Source of the DNA: Octopus vulgaris | Lineage: Eukaryota | Direction of reading: 5' to 3' | Assembly: GCA_951406725.2 (NCBI GenBank) | Contig: OX597818.1 | Coordinates: 128,960,001 to 129,024,000, forward strand | DNA length: 64,000 bases | Shown: in pieces, positions 1-12,035 of the stretch | How positions within the stretch are numbered: position 1 is the stretch's first letter | How the letters are laid out: each line of letters opens with the position of its first letter | The notes under the pieces: generated by a model | What the model saw: only the letters and a program-made list of their open reading frames with translations | The model's database searches: none | What the model was told of the DNA's origin: nothing | Made by a program: the position numbers and the translations under genes

Positions 1-218
1 AGTGCTTCCAAATTGGTTATGTATTGCAAACAGCTAGGTTTCTTTTTCCAATCATTTTATGTACTTCAACCTACACAAATTAATGTGTGAGAAACAAAAT
101 GCAAATTTTGAAAGAAATTTCTATAAAACTAGTTTTTAAACAATAAGAGCAGAAATTAATATTATTAAATAATATCAATTTCAACCAGTGGTCAGCAAAC
201 TTAAAAAAAAAAAAAAAT

Positions 219-376
219 CAGGAGTGGCTGTGTGGTAAGTAGCTTGCTAACCAACCACATGGTTCCGGGTTCAGTCCCACTGCGTGGCATCATGGGCAAG
301 TGTCTTCTGCTATAGCCCCGGGCCGACCAATGCCTTGTGAGTGGATTTTGTAGACGGAAACTGAAAGAAGCCTGTC

Positions 377-424
<48 letters not shown>

Positions 425-608
425 TTGTGTGTCTGTGTTTGTCCCCCTAGCATTGCTTGACAACCGATGCTGGTGTGTTTACGTCCCCGTCACTTAGCGG
501 TTCGGCAAAAGTCCCGGGGTCGAGTTGCTCGACTAAAAGGCGGTGCTCCAGCATGGCCGCAGTCAAATGACTGAAACAAGTAAAAAGAGTAAAAAGAGAG
601 TAAAAGAG
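219..608 (+). mobile_element. tRNA-derived SINE, family A (CORE-like, internal (TA)n(TG)n tract, AAAAGAGT tail)
   Basis: A-box-like TGGCTGTGTGGT, B-box-like GGTTCAGTCCC, tail repeats TAAAAGAG; about 20 full or partial copies in the window. Confidence 0.9.
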
Positions 609-794
609 TTTATTTTTAGTAAGCAAGGGATCTTCATAGTGGTCTTCTCCTATTGTTTATATCTAGTTTTTTAAACATTGAAAAGCTACGTGGATCCATC
701 AGAATAAAAAATAGTAATCAAAGGGGGTCTATGGATAAAAAAAAGAAATGGTTGAAGGGGCACCCTTGATTTAGAAGATTATTATCACAGCTGC

Positions 795-882
795 TACCAT
801 TACTACTAGCACTATTAACAACAATACCACCACCACCACTGCCGCCGCCGCCACCAACGCCACAACCACCACCACCATCACC

Positions 883-931
<49 letters not shown>

Positions 932-1017
932 TTACCACCACCACCACTACCATCACCACCACCACCACTACTACTACTACTACCACCACCACCACTACCA
1001 TCACCACTACCATCACC

Positions 1018-1093
<76 letters not shown>

Positions 1094-1215
1094 TTACCAC
1101 CACCACCACTACCATCACCACCACCACCACCACCACTACTACTACTACTACCACCACCACCACTACCATCACCACTACCATCACCACTACCATCACCATC
1201 ACCATCACCAACACC

Positions 1216-1259
<44 letters not shown>

Positions 1260-1420
1260 CACCACCACCACCACCACCACCACCACCACCACCACCACCA
1301 CCACCACCACCAGTCATCACAACTACAACTACTTCTAGCCCACCACCCTCCTGACGACGGCGACAACGACGACGACCACTACCGCCCCGCCCTCACAGCT
1401 ACTACTACTACTACTACTAC
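795..1420. repeat. compound (CCA)n/(CTA)n microsatellite
   Basis: direct reading; produces the spurious poly-G/S/V ORFs. Confidence 0.95.
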
Positions 1421-1456
1421 AATTATCACTAGATTTAAAATATGCTAGATAACAAT

Positions 1457-1487
<31 letters not shown>

Positions 1488-2467
1488 AACAAAACGTATT
1501 GATATGATGGAGGGATAATGGTGAAATGGAAGACGAGAAGGCGTGCTGTTCACAGACAGCTTGCAATAAGAAAAGGTCTGGTTGGCAACAACGGGTTTTA
1601 TATTGGAATATTTTAAATACCAATTGGTTGATAAAAAAAAAATTTTATCAGAAAACAAAAAAAAAAAAAAATTATAATAATAAACGGGGACTAAAACGAA
1701 TATCGAAAACAAAAAAAAAACCCCAAAAAAATTCATAAAAAAAAAATTCCGACAACAACAGATAAATGAAAATGTTTGTATTCACTTCGAAGATAACATG
1801 AAAACAACAACAACAACAACAAAAGCAAATTCTAATTGATCACTATATTCAATCCCATTCCCCTCCCCTCAAAAGTACATCCTTGAGTCTGCACTAGAGA
1901 TTGCATATTACCACAGTAGCTGTAATAGTATCTCTCTCTCTCTTTATTGAACTATGTGACTGCATCTTTTGCTGTCACTCTTGCTCTCCCACAATCTCTC
2001 CCTTACATGTTTAAAATTATTAACTTAGAGAAACAGTAAAGGATCCTAAATTTGTGTTCGTTTGTTGCACCTCCCACCCACCTTTCCACTACAAAGCCTC
2101 ATTTCATTTTAGATGACACTTTAGATGTTGAATGTTCGACGTTATAAGAAGCTTGCTTCCCAACCACATGGTTCCGGGTTCAGTCCCACTGCGTAGCATG
2201 TTTTGGGCAAGTGTCTTCTACTATAAAATCTCAGGGCAACTTTTGTGAATGGATTTAGTTGACGAAAACTGAAAAAAGCTCGTCATATACATTTTGATAG
2301 ATAAATTGACGGAGCTTATAGTCCAAATGTGGCGATTTAAAGATGCAACGAGTGAACATCTGTATAAGTATTAAGATAATAAGTGTGAATGTGACAAACA
2401 TCGCGGCATATCGCTGCTCTCTAGAATCATCTTAAACAGAATTAACACTGACTTATAGTCGATTCTG

Positions 2468-2885
2468 TGTGGAGGCGCAATGGCCCAGTGGTTAGGGCAG
2501 CGGACTCGCGGTCATAGGATCGCGGTTTCGATTCCCAGACCGGGCGTTGTGAGTGTTTATTGAGCGAAAACACCTAAAGCTCCACGAGGCTCCGGCAGGG
2601 GATGGTGGTGATCCCTGCTGTACTCTTTCACCACGACTTACTCTCACTCTTACTTCCTGTTTCTGTTGTACCTGTATTTCAAAGGGTCGGCCTTGTCACT
2701 CTCTGTGTCACGCTGAATATCCTTCAAAGGCCCAGCCTTGTCACACTGAATGTCCCCGAGAACTACGTTAAGGGTACACGTGTCTGTGGAGTGCTCAGCC
2801 ACTTACACGTTAATTTCACGAGCAGGCTGTTCCGTTGATCGGATCAACCGGAACCCTCGTCGTCGTAACCGACGGAGTGCTTCCA
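2468..2885 (+). mobile_element. tRNA-derived SINE, family C
   Basis: tRNA-like head with A box TGGCCCAGTGG and B box GGTTTCGATTCC; short internal duplication near 2678-2750. Confidence 0.8.
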
Positions 2886-2886
2886 T

Positions 2887-4195
2887 CTATCCAGAGAATC
2901 AGCAAGGGTTTAGGTCAGGTCGATGGACAGTGGATATGGTATTCAGTTTGCTACGAGTTCAGAAGGCCCAGGAGCACAATGAAGACGTATATGTGGTATT
3001 TGTTGATCTTACAAAAGATTTTAAATCTGAATGTCGGCAGTTTTGTGGAAAGTATTGGCAAAGCTCAGGGTTTCCGCGTAAATACTAAATGTCTTGGCGA
3101 CCGAGCTGGCAGAAACGTGAGCGCACCATGCGAAATTCTTAGCGGTATTTCGTCTATCGCAACGTTCTGAGTTCAAATTCTGCCGAGGTCGACCTTGCCT
3201 TTCATCCTTTCGGGGTCGATAAAATTAAGTACCAGTTACGCACTGGGGTCGATGTAATCGACTTAATACCTATGTCTGTCCTTGTTTGTCCCCTCTATGT
3301 TTAGCCCCTTGTGGGCAATAAAGAAATAGGTATTTCGTCTGCGTTACGTTGTGAGTTCAAATTCCGCCGAGGTCGACTTTGCCTTTCATCCTTTCGGGGT
3401 CGATAAGTTAAGTACCAGTTACGCACTGGGGTCGATGTAATCGACTTAATACCTATGTCTGTCCTTGTTTGTCCCCTCTATGTTTAGCCCTGAAACGTGA
3501 GCGCACCATGCGAAATTCTTAGCGGTATTTCGTCTATCGCAACGTTCTGAGTTCAAATTCCGCCGAGGTCGACCTTGCCTTTCATCCTTTCGGGGTCGAT
3601 AAATTAAGTACCAGTTACGCACTGGGGTCGATGTAATCGACTTAATACCTATGTCTGTCCTTGTTTGTCCCCTCTATGTTTAGCCCCTTGTGGGCAATGA
3701 AGAAATAGGTATTTCGTCTGCGTTACGTTGTGAGTTCAAATTCTGCCGAGGTCGACTTTGCTTTTCATCCTTTCGGGGTCGATAAATTAAGTACCAGTTA
3801 CGCACTGGGGTCGATGTAATCGACTTAATACCTATGCCTGTCCTTGTTTGTCCCCTCTGTGTTTAGCCCCTTGTGGGTAATAAAGAAATAGGCTTTCCAA
3901 AACAAGGACGAAAGTGTATCGTAGACTATAAAAGACTTACTGTTTATAGATGTTTGTGCCGAAGTTGCTCAGACACTCGAGTACATCCAGTAACATCATT
4001 CACAAATTTGCAGCGGAAGCCAGTACATCTTTTGGCTTAGCTATCAGGATAAAAAAGACCAAACCGTTGTATCAGCCACGTCCTAGTAACAATCAAAAAA
4101 TCTTGACCAGCGTGTTTACTGAAAACAAAAGTCTAAAAACGGTTGATGCCTTCATATATTTGGATTCTAGTGCAACAAGTGATGCTAAACATGAG
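2887..4195 (+). pseudogene. RTE-clade LINE reverse transcriptase relic, split by a SINE array
   Basis: PENQQGFRSGRWTVDMVF...YVVFVDLTKDF at 2890-3030; FGLAIRIKKTK...VDAFIYLDS at 4030-4170. Confidence 0.8.
3096..3890 (+). mobile_element. tandem tetramer of SINE family B (Meta/MESC-like core)
   Basis: four head-to-tail units carrying GCCGAGGTCGACYTTGCYTTTCATCCTTTCGGGGTCGATAA; variants alternate A-B-A-B. Confidence 0.9.
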
Positions 4196-4199
4196 GTGG

Positions 4200-4533
4200 G
4201 GGGGGCGTATTTCGTCTGCCGTTACGTTCTGAGTTAAATTCCGCCGAGGTCGACTTTGCCTTTCATCCTTTCGGTGGTCGATAAATTAAGTACCTATTTC
4301 TTTACTACCCACAGAGGGGCTAAACACAGAGGGGACAAACTTTATCTGTAATAAAGAAACAGATATTTCGCCCGTCTTTACGTTCTGAGTTCAAATTCTG
4401 CCGAGGTCGACTTTGCCTTTCATCCTTTTGGGATTGATAAATCAAGTACTAGTTGTGTACTGGGGTCGATGAAATCGGCTGTCTCCTACCTACAAAATCC
4501 AGGCCTTGTGCCTATAGTACAAAAGATTATTTA
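4200..4533 (+). mobile_element. nested SINE B fragments, including an inverted 3' end
   Basis: B core at 4240-4295, antisense B tail at 4295-4340, second B copy at 4362-4533. Confidence 0.8.
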
Positions 4534-4792
4534 TAGCGATATCTGTATTTCTTCAATTCGTAAAAAAACTTGTTTTCAAATTGTTATTGCTTAAAATACA
4601 ATATTTCGCAAATTTAACGCTATGAAAGAGATATACATATAGTAAATTTTACCTCAGATAGGGAATGTATTTCAAGAGCTCTCCGACAGTAAAAGATTAG
4701 AGAAAAATTGGATTTAGTAGTTTTGCCATCGTTTCGTACTGTGTTACTGAAAAAGTTATTTGGTTCCCATAATGCTCTCCCCTGCTTTGCGC

Positions 4793-4872
<80 letters not shown>

Positions 4873-4897
4873 GTCTGTCTGTCTGTCTGTCTATCTG

Positions 4898-4956
<59 letters not shown>

Positions 4957-4965
4957 GTCTATCTG

Positions 4966-5035
<70 letters not shown>
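4793..5035. repeat. (ATCT)n/(GTCT)n microsatellite
   Basis: direct reading. Confidence 0.95.
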
Positions 5036-5036
5036 G

Positions 5037-5237
5037 CAGTGGTCTTCAACCAGGGTTCCGCCAGTACAGTCCAGGGGTTCCGCAAGAAGTTACAAAACTG
5101 CTAAAATCGGCAGTAATTTTTAATTCTCCTGTGCAGATGTGTGTGCATAAGATTATTAAATTATTGCACAGGGGTTCCTCGAGCCAGTGGAATGTTTCCT
5201 TGGGGTTCCGCTCCAGCAAAAAGGTTGAAAAGCACTG
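5037..5237. mobile_element. hAT (Charlie-type) MITE
   Basis: TIRs CAGTGGTCTTCAACC / GGTTGAAAAGCACTG; 8-bp TSD ATCTATCG / ATCTACCG. Confidence 0.85.
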
Positions 5238-5513
5238 ATCTACCGTACTTCATACAATGAATGTAATAAACATAAATAATAAGTTGAAATTTGTTATACT
5301 TATTATAATCTGTTAAAAAAAAAACTCTCCCCCCATACCACCTCCTTCTCACTCCTCATCTATATGTCATTTCTATTGTTTTCTGTTATTAATTTTTTCC
5401 TTGTTTACTTTTTTGGTTTTTAAAATTCAATTAATTTTTTTAAACAACACCAAAAAAAAAAAAAACAACACCAAAAAGAACGCAAAACACAAACAAGAGC
5501 AAAGCAAACAAAC

Positions 5514-5657
5514 GTTTGTAATAATTGAAAGTCGAATGTAACTTGTTGAAGATAACTACTTCCTGCATTAAAGACAGCTATTTCCTCCATAGACTGACAG
5601 TTCTCACAATGTGTGCTGGACATGTTCTCATCTACTAAAGGATTTAAGTTAATGAAA
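5514..5657 (-). CDS. candidate internal coding exon of an unidentified host gene (FINLNPLVDENMSSTHCENCQSMEEIAVFNAGSSYLQQVTFDFQLLQ)
   Basis: pyrimidine-rich acceptor ttgtttctgtctcgcag, donor AC/gtttgt, 144 nt (phase 2-2), one open frame, TE-free complex sequence with T-rich flanks. Confidence 0.4.
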
Positions 5658-5985
5658 CTGCGAGACAGAAACAACGAGAACAACAACAACAACGAAGTAA
5701 ATAAACCGACGTTCACTGAATGTAAGACAAAATTAAAAGAAAAAAAAAAAATGACATCAGATATGTATGTCATCTCGGTTGAGGTAGCAATCACACAATA
5801 ATACTTGGTAAAGATGATTAAGCTACAACCAATAAATAGATAAATAGATAAAGAAATAAAGCATATGTAGGTGCAGGCATGGCTGTATGGATAAAAAAGC
5901 TCGCTTGTCAACCACAAGTAATTGGGCTCAGTTCCACTACGTGGCACCTATAGTTTCGGACCGACCTATGCTTTGTGAGTGGATC

Positions 5986-6215
5986 TGGGCGAGCTGGCAG
6001 AAACGTTAGCGCGCCGGACGAAATGCTGAGCGGTATTTCGTCTGCCGCTACGTTCTGAGTTCAAATTCCGCCGAGGTCGACTTTGCCTTTCATCCTTTCG
6101 GGGTCGATAAATTAAGTACCAGTTACGCACTGGGGTCGATGTAATCGACTTAATACCTTTGTCTGTCCTTGTTTGTCCCCTCTATGTTTAGCCCCTTGTG
6201 GGTAATAAAGAAATA
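5986..6215 (+). mobile_element. SINE B, full length
   Basis: GGCGAGCTGGCAGAAACGTTAG ... TAAAGAAATA. Confidence 0.9.
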
Positions 6216-6769
6216 GGTAATTGTGTGTGTGTCTGTGTGAGTGCGTGCGCTTCGCTGACTGACAGGTGAGGGTCGTTTAGAAAAAGCGCGGGCTAAAACT
6301 ACGCGCCTTCACTAGTCAGGTAAGGTGAGACAGTGTCACGTGACAACTTGCTGGGGCTGCCTGCTGGAGCCTATGCGGCAGGTATTTAAAGGGAGAAATT
6401 TGACAAGACAGTCAGTCACCGGCTGGCACTCGCTGACGATACATCGAAGAGGCCAGGGAACAGAAGAAAGAAGACATGCACCCAACACCAGAAGCTGAAG
6501 GCACCTCCGAAAGGGAGAGGGGACGCCACGTCAAAACGGTAGAGGAGTAGGGGCCGAAACCGGACGTGGTTCCTCCTGATGATGTCTTGAGCTAACTGGA
6601 TCCTATAAAGGAGCTGTTGTGGTAGCAGACCACGAAACACGGTTGTAATTCCTACACAGAATGAGAGAGACAGACACTGAAATGAAAGAGAGACAGAGAA
6701 TGTGTGTGTGAGAGAAAGAGCGAGTGAGTGTGTGTGTGTGATAGCACGTGTGTGTATGTTAGCGCGTGT

Positions 6770-7060
6770 GTATGTCAGTAACTGTGTGTGTGTTTGCGTG
6801 GCGGCGTGTGTGCGCGTAGTGATAACATTGTGTGTGTGCTTGCGTGGCGGCGTGTGTGCGCGTGGTGTTAACTGTGTGTGCGTGTTTGCGTGGCGGCGTG
6901 TGTGCGCGTAGTGATAACATTGTGTGTGTGCTTGCGTGGCGGCGTGTGTGCGCGTGGTGTTAACTGTGTTTGCGTGGCGGCGTATGTGCGCGTAGGGATA
7001 ACTGTGTGTGTGCTTGAGTGGCGGCGTGGTGTTAACTGTGTGTGCGTTTTACGTGGCGGC
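6770..7060. repeat. GT-rich minisatellite, unit about 40-45 bp with dimeric alternation
   Basis: repeats of TAACTGTGTG...TTGCGTGGCGGCGTGTGTGCGCGTRGTG. Confidence 0.85.
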
Positions 7061-7291
7061 ATGTATGCGCATGATGGTAACGTATGTGCCTCTGTGCGTT
7101 TGCACTTGTGGTTGTCTCTCACCGCCTGATAACTGGCGTTGCTTTGTTTATGTTTCCGCAACTTAGCGATTTGGGAAAAAGGGTCTCGAACTTGTCGGAG
7201 ATATGCAATGGATTTGCAACCACGGATTGAAACCTCACTCTACACATTCGTTTGTATTGTTCTCGAATTGTGCACTTAAAAACAAAATTTC

Positions 7292-7676
<385 letters not shown>

Positions 7677-7931
7677 TAATGCCTTCTGAGTAATTTACAG
7701 TTTGCTTGAAACAGTAAAGTTTCCAGGTCAACCATAAAAACTATAAGGCCACTTGCAAGCGAGTATCATCTGGTTGCATCTACGAGGCTTTCGCTAATCG
7801 CTTGAGGTGAGTAAGCACAGATACCCTCTCGATTCTCTCAACATTCACGCCGTGGAACATCGATGGCATGACAGCTGGAGGGAAAGTGGGCTACACCGAG
7901 GGGTACTTATTTTCAGTTGAGTATACTGTTG

Positions 7932-8345
7932 TGTGGAGGCGCGTGGTTTAGTGGTTAGGGTGTCAGCATCATGATCGTAAGATTGTGGTTTCGATTCCTG
8001 GACCGGGTGACGCGTTGTGTTCTTGAGCAAAACACTTCATTTCACATTGCTCCAGTCCACTCAGCTGGCAAAAATGAGTAACACTGCGATGGACTGGCAT
8101 CCCGTGGTTAGGGTGTCAGCATCATGATCGTAAGATTGTGGTTTCGATTCCTGGACTGGGTGACGCGTTGTGTTCTTGAGCAAAACACTTCATTTTTGAC
8201 ATTGCTCCAGTCCACTCAGCTGGCAAAAATGAGTAATGCTGCAATGGACTGGCGTCCCGTCCAGCTGGGGAACACATACGCCACAGAAACCAGGAAACCG
8301 GGTCCATGAGCCTAGCTAGGCTTTAAAAGGGCGCATTTATTTATT
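7932..8345 (+). mobile_element. tRNA-derived SINE, family D, with an internal 153-bp tandem duplication
   Basis: A/B boxes TGGTTTAGTGG and GGTTTCGATTCC; 7951-8103 repeated from 8104; V-domain-like GATGGACTGGCGTCCCGTCCAG. Confidence 0.8.
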
Positions 8346-8634
8346 ACTCACTACAAAACGCTCAGTTCATGAATAGAACACACAATCATATGACTGTGAG
8401 TCCAACATCCTAACCACAAGTCCCTCACACGCACATAGAAGCATATATTATGCATAGAGGGCGGGAAAATAGGAGTGTCTAACAAAAATACCTTGTGGTA
8501 TTTGCTTTCGCATTAGTTATACTCCCTTTCATCAACGTTTATGCTGACTTTGCTTAACGACTCACGTGAGGTCGATAAAATAAATACCAGTCCGGAATTG
8601 GTGCAAAACTAAGATTAATAGCAGTTTTCTCCAA

Positions 8635-9140
8635 ACCACCACTATTGCCTTTGACACCACCACCATTGCCATCACTACCACCACCATCACCATTACCATC
8701 AGCGTCGCCACTGCCTCCACCGCCGTCACCACCACCACCACCACCACCACCACCACCACCATCGCCGCCACTGCCACCACCACCACCACCACCACCACCA
8801 TTGCCATCACCACCACCACCATTGCCATCACCACCACCATTGCCATCACCGTCGCCACTGCCGCCACCGCCGTCACCACCACCACCACCACCACCACCAC
8901 CACCACCACCACCACCACCACCATCATCACCACCACCACCACCATTATCATCACCACCACCATTGCCACCACCACCACTACCATTACCATCACCACCACC
9001 ACCACCACCACCACCACCACCAGCACCACCAGCAGCAGCAGCACCACCAGCACCAGCACCATTGCCATCACCACCACCATTGCCATCACCGTCGCCACTG
9101 CCTCCACCGCTGTCACTACCACACCACCACCGCCACCGCT
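8635..9140. repeat. (CCA)n-rich compound microsatellite
   Basis: direct reading. Confidence 0.95.
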
Positions 9141-9767
9141 GTTGTGGTCGAACGCTCATCATTATCAGCATAATTAATATTTTTTTCATTATCGTTATCG
9201 TCATCATTGTTTATCATTAGTGGTAGTTAAAAAAAGCGTCAAAGGATCAAGGAATTTCAGAGAACTTTGGAAAAGAAAACATCAACTCAACTTAAATCAA
9301 GTCGTTGTAATAGCTGAGATGATGACAAAACACCGTTTAAATACGGTTTTAGAATCAAGGAAAGGGAAATCTAAAAATATCCTGTTTCTTTTTTTAAAAA
9401 TAAACGTTAATTATTAAAGCATTTTTTCGAATTGTCAGAGCGTTGGATAGAATGTTTGCCGTATTTGTTTTAACTGTTCACGCTCTGCGTTCAAAAACAG
9501 ACAGTCAACTTTGCCTTTCATCCTTTCGGGGTCAATAAAAAAGAAGCAGCAATCCAAGGTGGTCTAAGGAGAAGAGCGCTAAAAGGCATATACAGTATAG
9601 TCTCGTGGTAGTGGTCAAATACATCTGAAACCTAAACTGCAGCCTTTGGTGCAGGGCAGATAGCTCTGATATAGGAAGTCGGCTATAAAAAAATGATATT
9701 CGACGGGAGGGTATGGAAACAGAAAAGGCAGATAAACAAAAAGCAGGTGTAAAAAATGTAATTATAT

Positions 9768-10003
9768 TGGAAAGTTGCGTATATCAATAAATGAATGATG
9801 TAATCAAGTCTTATCTTTGCAGCTGTTTCGGATAAACAATAACAGGTATCATAAGCATGTATATTACGTGATGTGACCCAGTAATATTGTAGGTGTATGG
9901 ACTATCTCTGATGTCCATTATGCGAAATCATCAGAAAACTCTGGCAAGATGTAAAGATAAGATTTGATCACATCATTCATTTATTTGCATCTGCAACTTT
10001 CCA
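9768..10003. repeat. imperfect ~55-bp inverted repeat enclosing a degenerate hammerhead-like motif
   Basis: TGGAAAGTTGC...TCTTATCTTT mirrored at 9950-10003; minus strand has CTGATGA (9928-9934) and CCGAAACAGCTG (9820-9831). Confidence 0.6.
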
Positions 10004-10209
10004 TGTAAATATACTTCGTATATTTTTTCTAACGACCAGAAAATGCAACAACCTTATAATGTGCATAGTTAATTGTGTATTCTCTGCACAACTGCTTTAC
10101 ACTTTAATAAAAATTCCAAAACTTTCAAATCCGCCTCAATCTAATATGGTGTAAAAGAGATTGTCTGACTACAAGGGCTACACCATGAATACATACATAG
10201 ATGCATACA

Positions 10210-10264
<55 letters not shown>

Positions 10265-10267
<3 letters not shown>

Positions 10268-10446
10268 AAAGTATAGAAGCCATCTTAATATGGCTAACCA
10301 CATAGGGGAGGGGGTGTTACTGTAGCTCTATAGCCCCAGGAGATCGTCGTCTCCAGCTGGCTTTAGACACCATTTCGGTGCCCTTGAAGTATTTGCATAG
10401 GGAGGCCATCCCTTTCTCGCAAGCCTGATGGCTTCTATACTTTACA
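10265..10446. repeat. 20-bp perfect inverted repeat element within (AT)n
   Basis: TGTAAAGTATAGAAGCCATC / GATGGCTTCTATACTTTACA. Confidence 0.8.
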
Positions 10447-10492
10447 TTATCGAGCGATTACTGTTTACATCTCATTCTGAGATTTAATAATG

Positions 10493-10528
<36 letters not shown>

Positions 10529-10599
10529 ACAGGCTTCTTTCAGTCTTGGAAGTCCACTCACAAGGCTTTGGTCTCATTTAGAACTCTAGTCTGAAGCGT

Positions 10600-11310
10600 T
10601 CTGTTTTAATTACCACATGTAGCTAGCCATTTTTTGTGTTTCTTTTTTCTATATACCTAAAGGAAGATGTATAATTATAAAAAAATGATCTACTAAATTC
10701 CTTTACGACATGCCCATGTAACGTTTACGAGCCACTTCAAGGTTATGTTTTATAGAGGTGTCCTCTCTCTCATAAATCACCCCAGTTTAAATACCAGATC
10801 AGAGATATTCGAGAAATGCAAACTCTTTGAAAACTACCTGTTATGGAAATGGGAATAAAAACCATTTTTACAAGACTAAAACATCAGTGATGCACATATC
10901 TGAAATTTATACTCTTTAGACTTCATATTTGCTGCCTTTCTTCTATCACTTTTTCTCCATATCTCATCCTCTACCTTATTTATTTCCCAACGTCCGTCTT
11001 CCTCTTTCTCCACTGCTTTTATGTCTTTTCTTATTCCCATTGATGATGTATCAATTTCTCTTATGTCACATAACATATCTATTGTTCGTTTTTCTACAAA
11101 ATTACATAATTTGTTCCAGTATCTCCAATACTGGAGCGCTAGAAGTAGTTAAAGGAGAATATTCATATCTACAATTGAAGAGTTATTGACCTTTACAGAA
11201 GTAGAAGATGTGTACATATGCTTTGTATAATTTCGTAAAACCTATAAGTGAGTGGAGAAATAAGGCTTAAATGCATGTAGAGCGTATGGTACATGAAACC
11301 TTTGGTTGCC
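10600..11310. pseudogene. highly decayed LINE RT relic, possibly with an internal inversion
   Basis: plus strand EDVYICFV*FRKTY near 11205-11247 resembles the RT YxCFVDFxKAYD motif; weaker RT-like text on the minus strand at 10600-11100. Confidence 0.4.
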
Positions 11311-11352
11311 TGCGCATCAGTTTTTACACACACACACACACACACACATTAT

Positions 11353-11757
11353 ATTATATTGTATTATATTGTACTTGCTTCAGTCATTAAACTGCAGCCA
11401 TACTGGGGCATCGCTCTGAGGAATTTTAATCGAACGAATCGACCCCAGTACTTAATTTTTTAAAGCCTGGTACTTATTCTATCGGTCGTTTTTGCCGAAC
11501 CGCTAAGTTACGGGGGATGTAAACAAACCGAAACCAGTTGTTAAGCGGTGGGGGAACACAGAGACATAAAAATAAGCGCGCGCACACACACACACACACG
11601 CACACACATATATATTCAACGGCTTCTTTCAGTTTCCGTCTACCAAATTCACTCACAAGGTTTGGGCGGTGCGAGGCTATAATAAAGGTGTCATGCAGCA
11701 GGACTGAACCCGGACCATGTGGTTGGGAAGCAAGCATCTTACCACACAGCTACGCCT
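11353..11757 (-). mobile_element. SINE A
   Basis: reverse complement of the family A head and tail. Confidence 0.85.
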
Positions 11758-11968
11758 GGTGGTGGTGGTATCGAAGTAGGTCAGAATCCTTATTTTTACG
11801 TCACAGTATATCTAAAACCTGTTTAGCATTAAACTTAAGGATTACACAACACTATTTAGTAGAGTCTATATGTAATAAGTTTTACATGGAAAAGTTTGAC
11901 AGTGATTTCGAAGTCGTAGCTTGCTCGCCTTCTTCAGTCTGATGAACCTTCGAAGGTACTGTCAACCA

Positions 11969-12034
<66 letters not shown>

Positions 12035-12035
<1 letters not shown>

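Larger units (their letters stand above)
5868..7185 (+). mobile_element. SINE A copy disrupted by nested insertions
   Basis: A head at 5868-5985, degenerate A 3' half at 7095-7185; between them a SINE B, a GC-rich segment and a minisatellite. Confidence 0.6.

Noticed and set aside
718-1320. long poly-G/S/V/T/P/H ORFs here and at 8554-9220, 13337-13970, 20070-20504 and 44146-45846
   Set aside because: stop-free trinucleotide microsatellites open in several frames on both strands, with no splice or domain evidence
2471-2545. tRNA gene (also 7933-8005)
   Set aside because: A/B boxes are present, but the sequence continues into a SINE body and no convincing full cloverleaf could be drawn
11939-11962. 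hammerhead at CTGATGA-ACCTT-CG-AAGGT
   Set aside because: the stem is not followed by GAAA, and there is no stem III or cleavage triplet
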